Assembly (NCBI GenBank): GCA_944389585.1
Contig: CALXMW010000003.1
Coordinates: 129,818-193,817, forward strand
Reading direction: 5' to 3'
Source of the DNA: an uncultured Kiritimatiellota bacterium
GTDB taxonomy: Bacteria > Verrucomicrobiota > Kiritimatiellia > RFP12 > DVOR01
DNA: 64,000 nt
Part shown: one piece after another, positions 44,876 through 54,212 of the stretch
Layout of the letters: the number at the start of each line of letters is the position of its first letter
Position numbering within the stretch: position 1 is the first letter of the stretch
The notes under the pieces: model-generated
Database searches by the model: none
The model's input: the letters and a program-made list of their open reading frames with translations, nothing else
Told to the model about the DNA's origin: nothing
Made by a program: the position numbers and the translations under genes

Positions 44876-46053
44876 CGCCTTAGGGAACGCACGGCCGCGG
44901 CCAGGCGGCGTGCCTTGGAAAGGGTTCGGCGCGCGAGGCGGATGGGCCAGGGGCCGTTGATGGCGTGGCGGACGGCGCGACGGAAGGGGAGGCTCCGAAA
45001 GTGGGCCATGAACCAGTCGCGGCGGCGGGGGCGATGGGTGGGGGTGAAGTAGCGCGGGTTGCCGGAGAGGGCCTCCTCGGGGGTGAGGGGGACGCAGTCG
45101 GCGCGTTGGCGGAGGGCCTCGGCGGCGTCCCGCCCTTTCTGGGTGTGGGCCGCGAGGACGGAGAGCCCGCGGCCGTCGTCGAGCGCGGGGCGGACGTTCT
45201 CGACGCCCCAGAAGTCGCCGATGGTGAGATCCGCGCCGCTGGCGCCGGCCTTGGCGGCGCACCGGAAGCAGGCGGGGCGGTTGGCGATGACGGAGGCGAA
45301 GAGGCGCCCGTAGTCGGTGGCGTAGAAGGTGGCCTTGCCTTGGCGGCCGTCGGCGAGCGTCCAGGCGAGGGCGGGCTCGCGCCAGGTGCCTTTGGTCTTG
45401 TCGCGGAAGGTGAGGCAGGTGAGGGGGGCGCCTTCGGCCCGGGCGAGGTCTTCGACGGCGCGGCCGAGGACGGCTGGGCTGGGGACGCCGTGGCAGATGA
45501 TCTCGACGGCGAGGAGGTTGGGGTGGTGGCCGAGGAGGCCGCGGAGGCCGGCGATTTGGCAGGGCGTGCCGCTGTAGAGGACGGGGCGGCCTGCGCGGAG
45601 GGCGGCGCGGGCCTCGCGGAGGGTGTCGCGCGGGTCGCTCTGGACGTATTTGGAGCCGCGCAGGGGGGCGAGGGCGGCCTCGTCCTCGGCGGCGGCGTGG
45701 ATGGCGGTGAGGGTGCCTTCCTCCCAGCGGCACCCGAAGACGACGCCGCCTTGGGCGAGGATGGGGCGGGCAAGCTCGGTGAAGAGCGCGCCGGAGGCGC
45801 TGTCGCGCAGGAGCGCGGCGTCGTGGCTTTGCACGGCCAGGCAGAAGGGCGCGGGGTCGGGCGCGCCGGGGTGGAGGATGGGGCAGGCGCGCTCGCAGGC
45901 GCCGCAGCCGACGCACCGCCCGGCGTCGAGGCGGGGGCGGAGGAAGCCCTCGGCGTCGGGGGCCATGGCGAGGGCGTCCTGGGCGCAGGCGGCGCGGCAG
46001 GCGGTGCAGCCGGTGCAGGCTTCGGCGGGGGCGAGGGCGGGGAGGCGTTTCAT
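44860..46053 (-). CDS. Coenzyme F420 hydrogenase/dehydrogenase beta-subunit-like (FrhB family) 2x[4Fe-4S] protein
   Basis: ATG 46053 (ATGA overlap with the flippase stop). CTGCTACRAAC and CVGCGACERACP ferredoxin motifs, then an FrhB-like C-terminal domain (GTPCQIAG, IGDFWG). Commonly partnered with pyruvyl transferases. Confidence 0.8.
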   Translation of the reverse strand: MKRLPALAPAEACTGCTACRAACAQDALAMAPDAEGFLRPRLDAGRCVGCGACERACPILHPGAPDPAPFCLAVQSHDAALLRDSASGALFTELARPILAQGGVVFGCRWEEGTLTAIHAAAEDEAALAPLRGSKYVQSDPRDTLREARAALRAGRPVLYSGTPCQIAGLRGLLGHHPNLLAVEIICHGVPSPAVLGRAVEDLARAEGAPLTCLTFRDKTKGTWREPALAWTLADGRQGKATFYATDYGRLFASVIANRPACFRCAAKAGASGADLTIGDFWGVENVRPALDDGRGLSVLAAHTQKGRDAAEALRQRADCVPLTPEEALSGNPRYFTPTHRPRRRDWFMAHFRSLPFRRAVRHAINGPWPIRLARRTLSKARRLAAAVRSLRRYSER

Positions 46054-47603
46054 GGCAGGAACTTGGCGCGGAGGGTGTTGAGCTTGGTGCGGATGAAGGC
46101 GCGCTCGGCGTCCGTCAGCAGCAGGAACCAGGAGAGGGGGACGAAGGCGGCCTCGGTGAGCGCGGTGGTGACGCAGAGCCGCCAGAAGGAGGGCCCCATC
46201 CAAAGGCGCGGGAGCAGCCCCACGGCCCCGGCGCAGAGCGTCAGCAGGCCTAGGGGCAGGAGGATGTGGAAGAGCCAGTGGCGCGCGCTCATCCCCACCA
46301 GCCTACGGGCGAACCAGACGCGCCCCCACGCGCAGGCCATCATGCACAGAATCATGGCCACGCCGATGGTGTAGACCCCCCCGCCCAGCGCCGCGAAGAG
46401 CCAGGCCAGCGGCAGGGTCAGGATGAGCGCGGTGCCCAGGAAGGCCTGGTAGCGCGCGATGCGGCCGTTGGCGTTGACGGCGAGCATGTGGCCGACGGCG
46501 GTGTGGTCGATGAGCGTGATCGCGCAGACGCAGTAGGCCAGGCCCTCGGCATAGGCGGGCGGCTCCTTCAGCCAAAGGGTGAGCACCTCGCGCAACTCCA
46601 GCGCCATCGGCAGGATGAAGAGCAGCGAGAGGAGCGTCCCCACCTTGCACGTGCGATAGGCCATCGCCCGCATTTGGGCGTAATCGCGCGCGCCGCAGGC
46701 GTTGGTGATGGCCGGCGAGAAGGCCCCGATCATGCTGCCCGAGAGCGTGTTGCAATGGCTGATGATGGAATTGGCGATGGCCATCGAGGCGTTGGCCGCC
46801 GGGCCGTAATACTTGTTGATGAGGATGGCGATGCCCTGGCTGCGCAGGATGCTCCCGAACCCGCCGAAAAACTGCCACCCCGCGAAGTTGCAGATCGCCT
46901 TCGTCCGCCCCCAATCCCACAGATACGCCCGCCGGAACCGGCACTCCGGGAAGACGAACAGGGCGCGGACGGCGACGAGCGCCTGCGGCGCCACGCTCAG
47001 CGCCATCGCCCACGCCGCGTACTTCGCCAGCCACAGCCCCGGGTGCGTCACCATGTAATAAACGAAGCAGAAGTTGCACACCGTCGTGACGAAAGAATAA
47101 ACCGTCAGCTCCGCGATGTACTGCTTGGCCACGTACATCGCCTGGAACGGCACGTTCACCATCCCCACGAGGCACGACACGCACACGCACCGGAACACCC
47201 ACACGCACGCCTCCACCCGCTCCGGCGGGATCGTCAGCCACTCCCGCACCGCCCACTCCCCCACCGGATACCCCGCCACCATCAGCGCCAACGGCACCGC
47301 CGAATGGATCAACAACGCGCTGTTGAACCACTTCTGGCACGCCTCCAGCCCCTCCGCCCGCGACGCCGCCGTCCGCGCCTGCCCCACCGAGAACGCATAG
47401 AACCGCGACACCGCCGCCGCCAGCAACCCGTTGAAGAACCCGATGAACGTCGTCAGCCCCGCCACCACCCCATACAGCCCGAAATCCACCTCGCCCAACG
47501 CCATCAGCACCCAGCGGCTGGTGAACAGCCCGCACGCCAACGCGAAGAGCGAGCGCCCATACGTCGCCACGATGTTCAGGAATATGCGCCGGTTCTCAGT
47601 CAT
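46050..47603 (-). CDS. Oligosaccharide/polysaccharide flippase (MOP superfamily, Wzx-like)
   Basis: 517 aa with about 14 TM segments. N-terminus RRIFLNIVATYGRSLFALACGLFTSRWVL is typical of Wzx/MurJ-like exporters. Confidence 0.8.
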   Translation of the reverse strand: MTENRRIFLNIVATYGRSLFALACGLFTSRWVLMALGEVDFGLYGVVAGLTTFIGFFNGLLAAAVSRFYAFSVGQARTAASRAEGLEACQKWFNSALLIHSAVPLALMVAGYPVGEWAVREWLTIPPERVEACVWVFRCVCVSCLVGMVNVPFQAMYVAKQYIAELTVYSFVTTVCNFCFVYYMVTHPGLWLAKYAAWAMALSVAPQALVAVRALFVFPECRFRRAYLWDWGRTKAICNFAGWQFFGGFGSILRSQGIAILINKYYGPAANASMAIANSIISHCNTLSGSMIGAFSPAITNACGARDYAQMRAMAYRTCKVGTLLSLLFILPMALELREVLTLWLKEPPAYAEGLAYCVCAITLIDHTAVGHMLAVNANGRIARYQAFLGTALILTLPLAWLFAALGGGVYTIGVAMILCMMACAWGRVWFARRLVGMSARHWLFHILLPLGLLTLCAGAVGLLPRLWMGPSFWRLCVTTALTEAAFVPLSWFLLLTDAERAFIRTKLNTLRAKFLP

Positions 47604-48264
47604 GGTCGGGGAAGGCCGCGGACCAGGCGCTCAGGCGCAGGGCGGCGGGGGGGTAGTCTTGGCGCGGGGCGCCGGGGGGCGGGCAGACGTAGACGCGGCC
47701 GATGCCGGCGGCCAGGGCGGCCTGCGCGCCGACGCGGCTGTCCTCGAAGGCGACGGCGCGCGCGGGGTCGACGCCGAAGCGTTCGGCGGCCAGGCGGTAG
47801 CCTTCGGGGTCTGGCTTGCCGCGCGTGACGTCGTCGGAGGGGACGGAGCGCGCTTCGTCGAGCAGGCCGACGAGGCCGGCGGCGGCGAGGTCGCGCGCGA
47901 TGGTGGCGCGGGGGCTGCCGGAGACGTAGGCGCAGGGGACGCCCCGGGCGCGGAGGCGCCGCAGGAGCGCGGCGGCGCCTGGGATGACGGGGGGGCGGGC
48001 GGCGAAGAGGGCCTCGAAGCGGCGCACCATCAGCTGCCCGAGGGCGAAGGCGGAGAGGCCTTCGAGGGCGGCGGGGTAGGCGGCGCGGAGGGCGCGCCAG
48101 GCGTCGGGCCAGGCCATGCCGTAGATGCGGGCCATGAGGGCCTCGGGGGTCTGGCGTTCGCCGAGGTCTTCCAGGGCCAGGGCGAGGGCCTCGGCCCAGA
48201 GGCGCTCGGAGTCGAAGAGCGTCCCGTCGATGTCGAAGAGGGCGAGCGCGGGCAGGGCGGTCAC
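47596..48264 (-). CDS. HAD-superfamily hydrolase (beta-phosphoglucomutase-like subfamily IA)
   Basis: GTG 48264 (GTGA overlap with the nth stop) gives VTALPALALFDIDGTLFDS. Carries SGSPR, KPDPEGY and FEDSRVG motifs. Confidence 0.75.
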   Translation of the reverse strand: MTALPALALFDIDGTLFDSERLWAEALALALEDLGERQTPEALMARIYGMAWPDAWRALRAAYPAALEGLSAFALGQLMVRRFEALFAARPPVIPGAAALLRRLRARGVPCAYVSGSPRATIARDLAAAGLVGLLDEARSVPSDDVTRGKPDPEGYRLAAERFGVDPARAVAFEDSRVGAQAALAAGIGRVYVCPPPGAPRQDYPPAALRLSAWSAAFPDHD

Positions 48265-48920
48265 GGCTTTTTCCCTTTGCCGAGGCAGAAGCGGGCCACG
48301 GGGCAGCCGTCGCAGTGGGGGCCGACGGGCTTGCAGCGGGTCTGCCCGAAGGTGACGAAGAGGCTGTTCCAGGGGATCCAGAGGTGGCGGGGGAGGCGCC
48401 GGCGCAGGGCCATCTCCGTCTCGAGCGGCGTCTTGGTGCGGACGATGCCCAGGCGGTTGTTGATGCGGTGGACGTGGGTGTCCACGCAGATGGCGGGCTT
48501 GCCGAAGCCGATGGCCACCACGAGGTTGGCCGTCTTGCGCCCCACGCCGGGCAGCTGGCAGAGCGCCTCGACGGTGTCCGGGAGCGTGCCGCCGAAGCGT
48601 TCCTCGAGCGCGGCGGGGAGGGCGGCCAGGTGGCGGGCCTTGGCGTGGTAGAAGCCGACGGGGAAGATGAGCCGCTCGATGTCCTCGAGGCTCAGCCGGG
48701 CCAGGGCCTGCGGGGTGGGCGCGGCGGGCAACAGGCGGCGCACGGCCTGCGCGGTCACCTGATCCTTCGTCCGCGCCGAGAGGATCGTGCCCAGCAGGAC
48801 GCACCAGGGGTCGCGGGTCTGCGCGGCCACCAAGTCCATGATCGGCGCCTCCGCGCCGGCGAGGTCCGCCGCGAGCGCGTCGTGGATGGCGTCGAGCTCC
48901 TGGGGCGTGCGCAGCCTCAC
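48261..48920 (-). CDS. nth: Endonuclease III (HhH-GPD DNA glycosylase/AP lyase with a 4Fe-4S loop)
   Basis: LPGVGRKTANLV (HhH), VDTHVHR, and C-terminal CKPVGPHCDGCPVARFC cluster. Probable GTG start 48920 overlaps the sulfatase stop (GTGA). An ATG at 48842 is an alternative. Confidence 0.88.
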   Translation of the reverse strand: MRLRTPQELDAIHDALAADLAGAEAPIMDLVAAQTRDPWCVLLGTILSARTKDQVTAQAVRRLLPAAPTPQALARLSLEDIERLIFPVGFYHAKARHLAALPAALEERFGGTLPDTVEALCQLPGVGRKTANLVVAIGFGKPAICVDTHVHRINNRLGIVRTKTPLETEMALRRRLPRHLWIPWNSLFVTFGQTRCKPVGPHCDGCPVARFCLGKGKKP

Positions 48921-51094
48921 AGCAGGGCCTCCCCGTCGGCCGTCAGCGTCACGAAGGGGGCGGTGAGGCAGGCGCGCCAGGGGTGGCGGCCCTTGCCCAG
49001 GCGGATGGCGTAGCGGCGGCCCGCGGCGCAGTCCCCGGCCTCGAACTCCAGAATGTGCGCGCCTTGCAGCCAGAATTGGCAGCCGCCGGCGCCTTTGGCC
49101 TCGAAGACGACCTCGCGTTCGGCCTCGACCTCGATTTCGCCGTGGGCGAGGACGCCGCAGCCGCGGGGCGGGAGCTTGCGCATCACGGCGCCGATGCGCG
49201 CGCTGGGCACCTCGTGCACGGGCATGAGGGTGCGGAAGTCGGGCACCCACGGCCAGTCGCCCTGGTAGATCCAGAGCGCGGGGCGGGTGGGGGCGCCGCC
49301 GCTCGGGGCGGGCACGGCGGCCCGGTCGAGGGCGGCGCGGGCGGGGGCGTCGGTCTGGGCGTGGGTGGGGGCGCCGCAGGCGTCCGGGACGCGGGGGGTG
49401 GGGATGCGGCTGGCCAGGAGGAGGGCGCCCAGTCGCGCGGCCACGTCGGGGAAGTCCGCGGCCACGTCGCGCGTCTGGCCGGGGTCGGCGTCGAGGTCGT
49501 AGAGCTCGGTCTTGGCGCCTTTGGCGTGGTTTCGGACGGCGGCCCAGCGGCCTTCGCGGAGGGTTTGCTCGAGGCCGAAGCCCTGGCCGCTGCCGCCGTC
49601 GACGTATTCGGCGTAGAGGCGTTGGGGCAGCTGGCGCCCGGCGCCGGTGAGGGTGGGCAGGAGCGAGACGCCGTCGGCATGGGCGGGGGCGGGGAGGCCG
49701 GCGGCCTCGGCGAAGGTGGGCATCCAGCAGGTTTGGTCGCAGGGCAGGGCGCTGACGGCGCCAGGGGCGACGACGCCGGGCCAGCGCACGAGGGTGGGCT
49801 CGCGCAGGCCGCCTTGGTAGGCCCAGCGTTTCATGCCGCAGAAGGGGCCGTTGGAATCCATGGTTTCGACCCACTTGAGGCCGGCGGGCCGGAGGTATTC
49901 GCCGGCGGGGCCGTTGTCGGAGGTGAAGACGACGAGGGTGTCCCGATCTAGCCCGCGCACCTTGAGGAAGTGGAGTAGGTCGCCCATCGCGTCGTCCAGT
50001 CGACGGACGGTGGTGGCGTAGCGGCGCTCGGAGTCGGTGGGGTAGGCGCGGAAGTCGGGGTGGATCCAGGTGTTGGCCGTCTGGGGCGTGGCCTTGACGG
50101 CGCCTTCGAGGTCGGCGCCGCCGCCCCACGTGGGGTCGTCGTCGCGGAGGGCGGGGTAGGGGCCGCCGGGCACTTGGAAGACGTCTTTGCAGGCGATGGC
50201 GGGGTCGGCCACCTGGCGGTTCCCGCTGCCGTGGACGGCGGTCTGGCAGAGGAGGAGGAAGAAGGGGGCGTCTTTGGCGGGGCCTTCCTGGTGGGCGCGG
50301 ATGAGGGCCTTGGCCTTGGCGGTGAAGAGGTCGGCGTCGTAGACGAAGCGGGTCTCTTCGTTGGGGGCGGGGCGGCGCCATTGGGCGGTTTTGGCGCCGG
50401 GCTCTTGGTCGCGGGCGAAGCCTTCGGGGCGGCCGGCGGCCTGGTAGGCGGCCTCGGCGTAGCTTTCGAGGACGGGGGAGTGCGAGGTGGCGCTGTCGAT
50501 GTCCGTCTGCCCCTCGAGGAAGCAGTGGTAGTAGCTGTGGCCGTGGAGGTGGGCGGGGTAGCCGTAGGAATAGTCGAAGCCCGCCTGGCAGGCCATGGCG
50601 GTGCGGCGGGTGCCGCTTTGGTAGCCGCCGCCGACGCCCCATTTGCCGATGTGCCAGGTGGCGTAGCCGGCCTGCTTGAGCACGGTGGCCAGGGTCATGT
50701 GCGGGTCGATGGCCGCGTCGAAGGCGTTGTCGCGCAGGTTGCAGTGGCCCTGGTTTTTGCCGGTGACGAGCGAGGCGCGGGCGGGGGCGCAGACGGGCGC
50801 GGCGGAGCAATGGTCGGTCAGCATCAGGCCTTCGGCGGCCATGCGGTCGAGGTTCGGCGTCAGCAGGCGGTTCTTGGCCTGGCGGCGGTTTTGCCAGAAG
50901 CAGCCCAGGTCGCCCCAGCCCAGGTCGTCGCAGAGCACCAGGATGATGTTCGGGCGCCGCCCCACCCCCGGCAGACCGAAGGGGTTCGCCGCCGAGGTCG
51001 GCGCCGGGGCCGTGCCGGCGGGAGCCTCGGCCCATGCCGCGGACGGCGCCATCGCCGCCAAGCCCAACGCCCGCAGGAAGTCGCGTCTTCTCAT
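48917..51094 (-). CDS. Tat-exported arylsulfatase-family enzyme with an extra ~230-aa C-terminal beta-rich domain
   Basis: ATG 51094 gives MRRRDFLRALGLAAMAPSAAWA (twin-arginine signal). NIILVLCDDLGWGDLG and CSAAPVCAPARASLVTG (Cys-type formylglycine motif CxPxR). Confidence 0.9.
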   Translation of the reverse strand: MRRRDFLRALGLAAMAPSAAWAEAPAGTAPAPTSAANPFGLPGVGRRPNIILVLCDDLGWGDLGCFWQNRRQAKNRLLTPNLDRMAAEGLMLTDHCSAAPVCAPARASLVTGKNQGHCNLRDNAFDAAIDPHMTLATVLKQAGYATWHIGKWGVGGGYQSGTRRTAMACQAGFDYSYGYPAHLHGHSYYHCFLEGQTDIDSATSHSPVLESYAEAAYQAAGRPEGFARDQEPGAKTAQWRRPAPNEETRFVYDADLFTAKAKALIRAHQEGPAKDAPFFLLLCQTAVHGSGNRQVADPAIACKDVFQVPGGPYPALRDDDPTWGGGADLEGAVKATPQTANTWIHPDFRAYPTDSERRYATTVRRLDDAMGDLLHFLKVRGLDRDTLVVFTSDNGPAGEYLRPAGLKWVETMDSNGPFCGMKRWAYQGGLREPTLVRWPGVVAPGAVSALPCDQTCWMPTFAEAAGLPAPAHADGVSLLPTLTGAGRQLPQRLYAEYVDGGSGQGFGLEQTLREGRWAAVRNHAKGAKTELYDLDADPGQTRDVAADFPDVAARLGALLLASRIPTPRVPDACGAPTHAQTDAPARAALDRAAVPAPSGGAPTRPALWIYQGDWPWVPDFRTLMPVHEVPSARIGAVMRKLPPRGCGVLAHGEIEVEAEREVVFEAKGAGGCQFWLQGAHILEFEAGDCAAGRRYAIRLGKGRHPWRACLTAPFVTLTADGEALL

Positions 51095-51663
51095 TTCCAG
51101 ATCCCTTTCGTCAGGCGCCGCGCGGTGGCCTGACGCGCGCGCCAGGCCGCCGTGTTGGCGATCAGCTCCTCGAGCGTCGCGGGGCGCATCCCGTTCACGT
51201 CGACGCCCGCGTTGTAGGCCTGCGGCACCGTCTGCAGAAAGGCGTAGTACGGGTCTTTGCGCGAGTCGTGGATGTGGCCGTAGACCAGGTGCCCGCCGTG
51301 CCGCCGGCGGAACCAATCCATCATCGGGTAGTGCCCCACCGTCACGAAGCGCCCCGGCCGCGCCACCTCGATCAGCAGCGCCACCTCCACGAACCACTCC
51401 CCCAGCGCTACCTCGCGCATCCACGCGCGGTCGTGGTTTCCCACCGCCAGGTGCTTGCGCCCCTTCAGCCGCCGCAGGTAGTCCGCCGCCGGCCGCTCGC
51501 TGTGGCAGATCAGGTCCCCCGCGATGAAGACGTCGTCGCCCTCGCCCACCCGCTCGTTCCACGCCGCGATCAACGCCTCGTCCATCTCCGAGACCGAGGC
51601 GAACCCACGCCTCGACCGCATCTTCTCGTGCCCGAAATGCGTATCCGCGACAAACCAATCCAT
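51091..51663 (-). CDS. Metallophosphoesterase (calcineurin-like) family protein
   Basis: MDWFVADTHFGH, AGDLICH, GNHD and YGHIH motifs. Its stop overlaps the sulfatase start (ATGA). Confidence 0.85.
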   Translation of the reverse strand: MDWFVADTHFGHEKMRSRRGFASVSEMDEALIAAWNERVGEGDDVFIAGDLICHSERPAADYLRRLKGRKHLAVGNHDRAWMREVALGEWFVEVALLIEVARPGRFVTVGHYPMMDWFRRRHGGHLVYGHIHDSRKDPYYAFLQTVPQAYNAGVDVNGMRPATLEELIANTAAWRARQATARRLTKGIWK

Positions 51664-51671
51664 CGTCCCTT

Positions 51672-51680
51672 ATCATACCA
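51672..51680 (-). promoter_or_regulatory. Extended -10 (TGGTATGAT) 9 nt before the phosphoesterase ATG
   Basis: The reverse complement of 51672-51680 is TGGTATGAT. This predicts a 1-2 nt leader for the six-gene coupled operon. Confidence 0.4.
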
Positions 51681-51774
51681 AAACCAACCCCCTGCCGCAT
51701 ACCCCCGCCGCATGCCCCGGGGGACGGGAAAGGCCGCCTTTTGGGGGCGGCCTTTTGGGGCGTTGGGCGGCGGC

Positions 51775-52845
51775 TCAGCGGCGGGCGCGGGCGAGGGCCT
51801 CGGCCTCGTCGAGCGCGGCCTTGGCGTTGCCCACGTGCTCGGCGGCGGCGCGGTGGCTGGCCAGCTGGCCTTCGGCGCCGGGGAGGACGCTGAGCATGGA
51901 GACGGTGCAGAGCTCGCGCTCCTTGTCGGAAAGCACGCCGCGGGCGAAGAGATCGCAGAAGAGGTGCTCCTTCAGGAACTGCTCGGCGCCGGGGGCGAAG
52001 CGCTGCCACTCGGCCTCGGGGGCGTCGGGGTCGGAGCCGAAGAGCGCGGCGCGTTTCTCGCGGCCGATACGCTCGCGGTCGGCGCCCGCGGGGAGGGCCT
52101 TGGGCGCGGGGCCCTCGGGGTCGGCCTTCCCGGCGGCCTGGCGCTCGGCGAGGACTTGGGCGAAGGCGGCGTTGGCGTTGAGGCAGCGGGGGAAGCCGAG
52201 GTAGGCGTAGAGCTGGAGGAGGGCCTCTTTGATTTCGTTCACCGTGAGCCCGGCGTCGAGGCCTTCGGCGCAGGCGCGCTTGAGGCCGGGGAGGTCGCCG
52301 GCGGCGGCGCGGCCGGAGATGCGGGCGAGGGCGGCCTCGCGCGGGGTGAGGTGTTTGGGCGCGGCGGCGCGGGGCTGTGCGGCGGCGTAATCGGCGTCGC
52401 TGACGGGCTCCAGCCAGGTGTTCGTGTTGGTCTCTGGGTGGCACTCGACGGAGAGGTGGGCGAACCAGCGGTCGGCGGTCGCGCCGTGCCAGTGGTCGGT
52501 GTCCGGCGGGATCTCGACGACGTCGCCGGGCTTGAGGTGGCGGGCGGGCTTGCCGCGCTCCTGGTAGAGGCCCTCGCCGGCGACGCAGAGGAGGATTTGG
52601 CCGCCGGTGTGGCGGTGCCAGTTGTTGCGGCAGCCGGGCTCGAAGGTGACGTTGGCGATGGGCACGCCGGTCCGGTCGGCGTGCTCGGTGAGGCGCGCGA
52701 GGTAACTCTGGCCCGTGAAGTATTGGGCGTAGGCGTCGTTCGGCGCGCCGGTGGGAAAGGCGGGGGTGTAGTCTGGCATGGGCGTGGCTCCTTGGAGCGC
52801 GGGGACGAGGAGGGCGGCGGCGAGGGCGAACGCGGCGGTCTTCAT
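51775..52845 (-). CDS. Signal-peptide-bearing cupin domain fused to a carboxymuconolactone decarboxylase (AhpD-like) domain
   Basis: ATG 52845 (ATGA overlap). MKTAAFALAAALLVPALQGA. Cupin block NNWHRHTGGQILLCVAGEG...PGDVVEIPPDTDHWHG. The C-terminal half is CMD-like (ELCTVSMLS). Confidence 0.8.
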   Translation of the reverse strand: MKTAAFALAAALLVPALQGATPMPDYTPAFPTGAPNDAYAQYFTGQSYLARLTEHADRTGVPIANVTFEPGCRNNWHRHTGGQILLCVAGEGLYQERGKPARHLKPGDVVEIPPDTDHWHGATADRWFAHLSVECHPETNTNTWLEPVSDADYAAAQPRAAAPKHLTPREAALARISGRAAAGDLPGLKRACAEGLDAGLTVNEIKEALLQLYAYLGFPRCLNANAAFAQVLAERQAAGKADPEGPAPKALPAGADRERIGREKRAALFGSDPDAPEAEWQRFAPGAEQFLKEHLFCDLFARGVLSDKERELCTVSMLSVLPGAEGQLASHRAAAEHVGNAKAALDEAEALARARR

Positions 52846-54206
52846 GGCGTGGGCTCCTGTGGTTGGGGTTTGATGGGCATGGCAGGGTTGAGCGGCGTGG
52901 TGTCGACCAGCCTCAGGCTGGTGACCCACGGCAACGTGCCCTGCTTGTACCTCTGGAAATGCGGGGTTTGCAGGTGGCTGCGGTAGGCGGTCTCGGAGGC
53001 GTAGATCTCAAGGATGGTGAAGCGCGTGGGGCGTTCCTTCTCCTGCACGGCGTAGAGCGAGAGCACCCCCGGCTCGACGCGCACGGAGGTGGCGGTGCCC
53101 TCGTGCAGCAACGCCTTGTATTCCTCCAGATGCGCGGGGTCCACCTCGATGAGCGAGAGGCGCACGAGCGGCGCGGGCGCCTCCGCGGCCGCCTCCTTCG
53201 GCGCGGGTGCGAGGTCCCCGCCCAACAGCCGCCGGGCGTTCCCCCCCAACACGTCCCCCATCCACAGCCGGGTGGCGGGGTCGGCGGCGAGGAGCCCGCG
53301 CAGGCGCGCCAGGTGCGCCGCCGGGTCCTGATAGGGGTAGTCCGAGCCGAAGAGCCACCGCGCGGGCGGGATCACCTCCGCCAACGCGCGGAGCTGGCCG
53401 GCCTCCGTGACGCCCGCGAGGTCGGCCCACAGGCAGGCGAGGTTCCCCTCCCAATCGATGGCCTCCGCGCGGCCCTGCGCGGCCTGGGCGGCGTTGAGCG
53501 CCCGGAGCCTCGGCACGGCCAACGGCAGGAAGGCGCCCGCGTGCGGCACCACCACGCGCAGGCCGGGCCGTTTGGCCAGGACGTTGCGGGAAAGGAGCGT
53601 GACGAGCGCGCGGGTGGTCTCCGCCTGATATTCGTAGAACGGCAGGGGCGTCACGGCCGCGGTGGCGGCGCTGACGGGGGTGGGCCGCTGCGGGTGGAGC
53701 ACGACGAGCGCCTTGCGCGCCGCCAGGAAATCCATCAGCGGATCCAACGCCGGGTCGCCCAGATACTGCCCCGCGACGTTCGTGGAGAGGCGGACGCCGT
53801 CCGCGCCCAAGGCGTCCAAGGCGTAGGCGGCCTCCTCCAACGCGGCCGCGACGTCCGGGAGCGGCAACGTGGCGCAGAAGCGGAAGCGCCCCGGGAAACG
53901 CGCCTTGAGCGCGGCGGCGGCCTCGTTGGCGGCGCGGCAGGCGGCCTTGGCCTCCACGGCGTCGCCGAACCACGGCTGCGGCACGGCCAGGGTGAGGAGC
54001 GCGCAGGAGACGCCCGCCCCGTCCATCGCCGCCACGTGGGCCGCCGCGTCCCACCGCGGCAGGGGGAAGCCCTCGGCGCGCTCGGCGCCGTGACGGGCCA
54101 GCAGGGCGCGGAAAGCCTCGGGGATGAGGTGCGCGTGCACGTCCACCGCGCCGGCGGCGAGGCCAAGCGCGGAGACGGCGGCGGCGAGGGTGAGCGTGCG
54201 GCGCAT
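52842..54206 (-). CDS. Signal-peptide-bearing amidohydrolase-2 (ACMSD-like) domain fused to an ABM (antibiotic-biosynthesis-monooxygenase-like) domain
   Basis: MRRTLTLAAAVSALGLAAGAVDVHAHLIPE (HxH metal motif), HPQRP, and FGSDYPY. C-terminal 95 aa LIEVDPAHLEEYKALL...YASETAYRSHLQTPHFQRYK is an ABM fold signature. Confidence 0.8.
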   Translation of the reverse strand: MRRTLTLAAAVSALGLAAGAVDVHAHLIPEAFRALLARHGAERAEGFPLPRWDAAAHVAAMDGAGVSCALLTLAVPQPWFGDAVEAKAACRAANEAAAALKARFPGRFRFCATLPLPDVAAALEEAAYALDALGADGVRLSTNVAGQYLGDPALDPLMDFLAARKALVVLHPQRPTPVSAATAAVTPLPFYEYQAETTRALVTLLSRNVLAKRPGLRVVVPHAGAFLPLAVPRLRALNAAQAAQGRAEAIDWEGNLACLWADLAGVTEAGQLRALAEVIPPARWLFGSDYPYQDPAAHLARLRGLLAADPATRLWMGDVLGGNARRLLGGDLAPAPKEAAAEAPAPLVRLSLIEVDPAHLEEYKALLHEGTATSVRVEPGVLSLYAVQEKERPTRFTILEIYASETAYRSHLQTPHFQRYKQGTLPWVTSLRLVDTTPLNPAMPIKPQPQEPTP

Positions 54207-54212
54207 GGGGCA

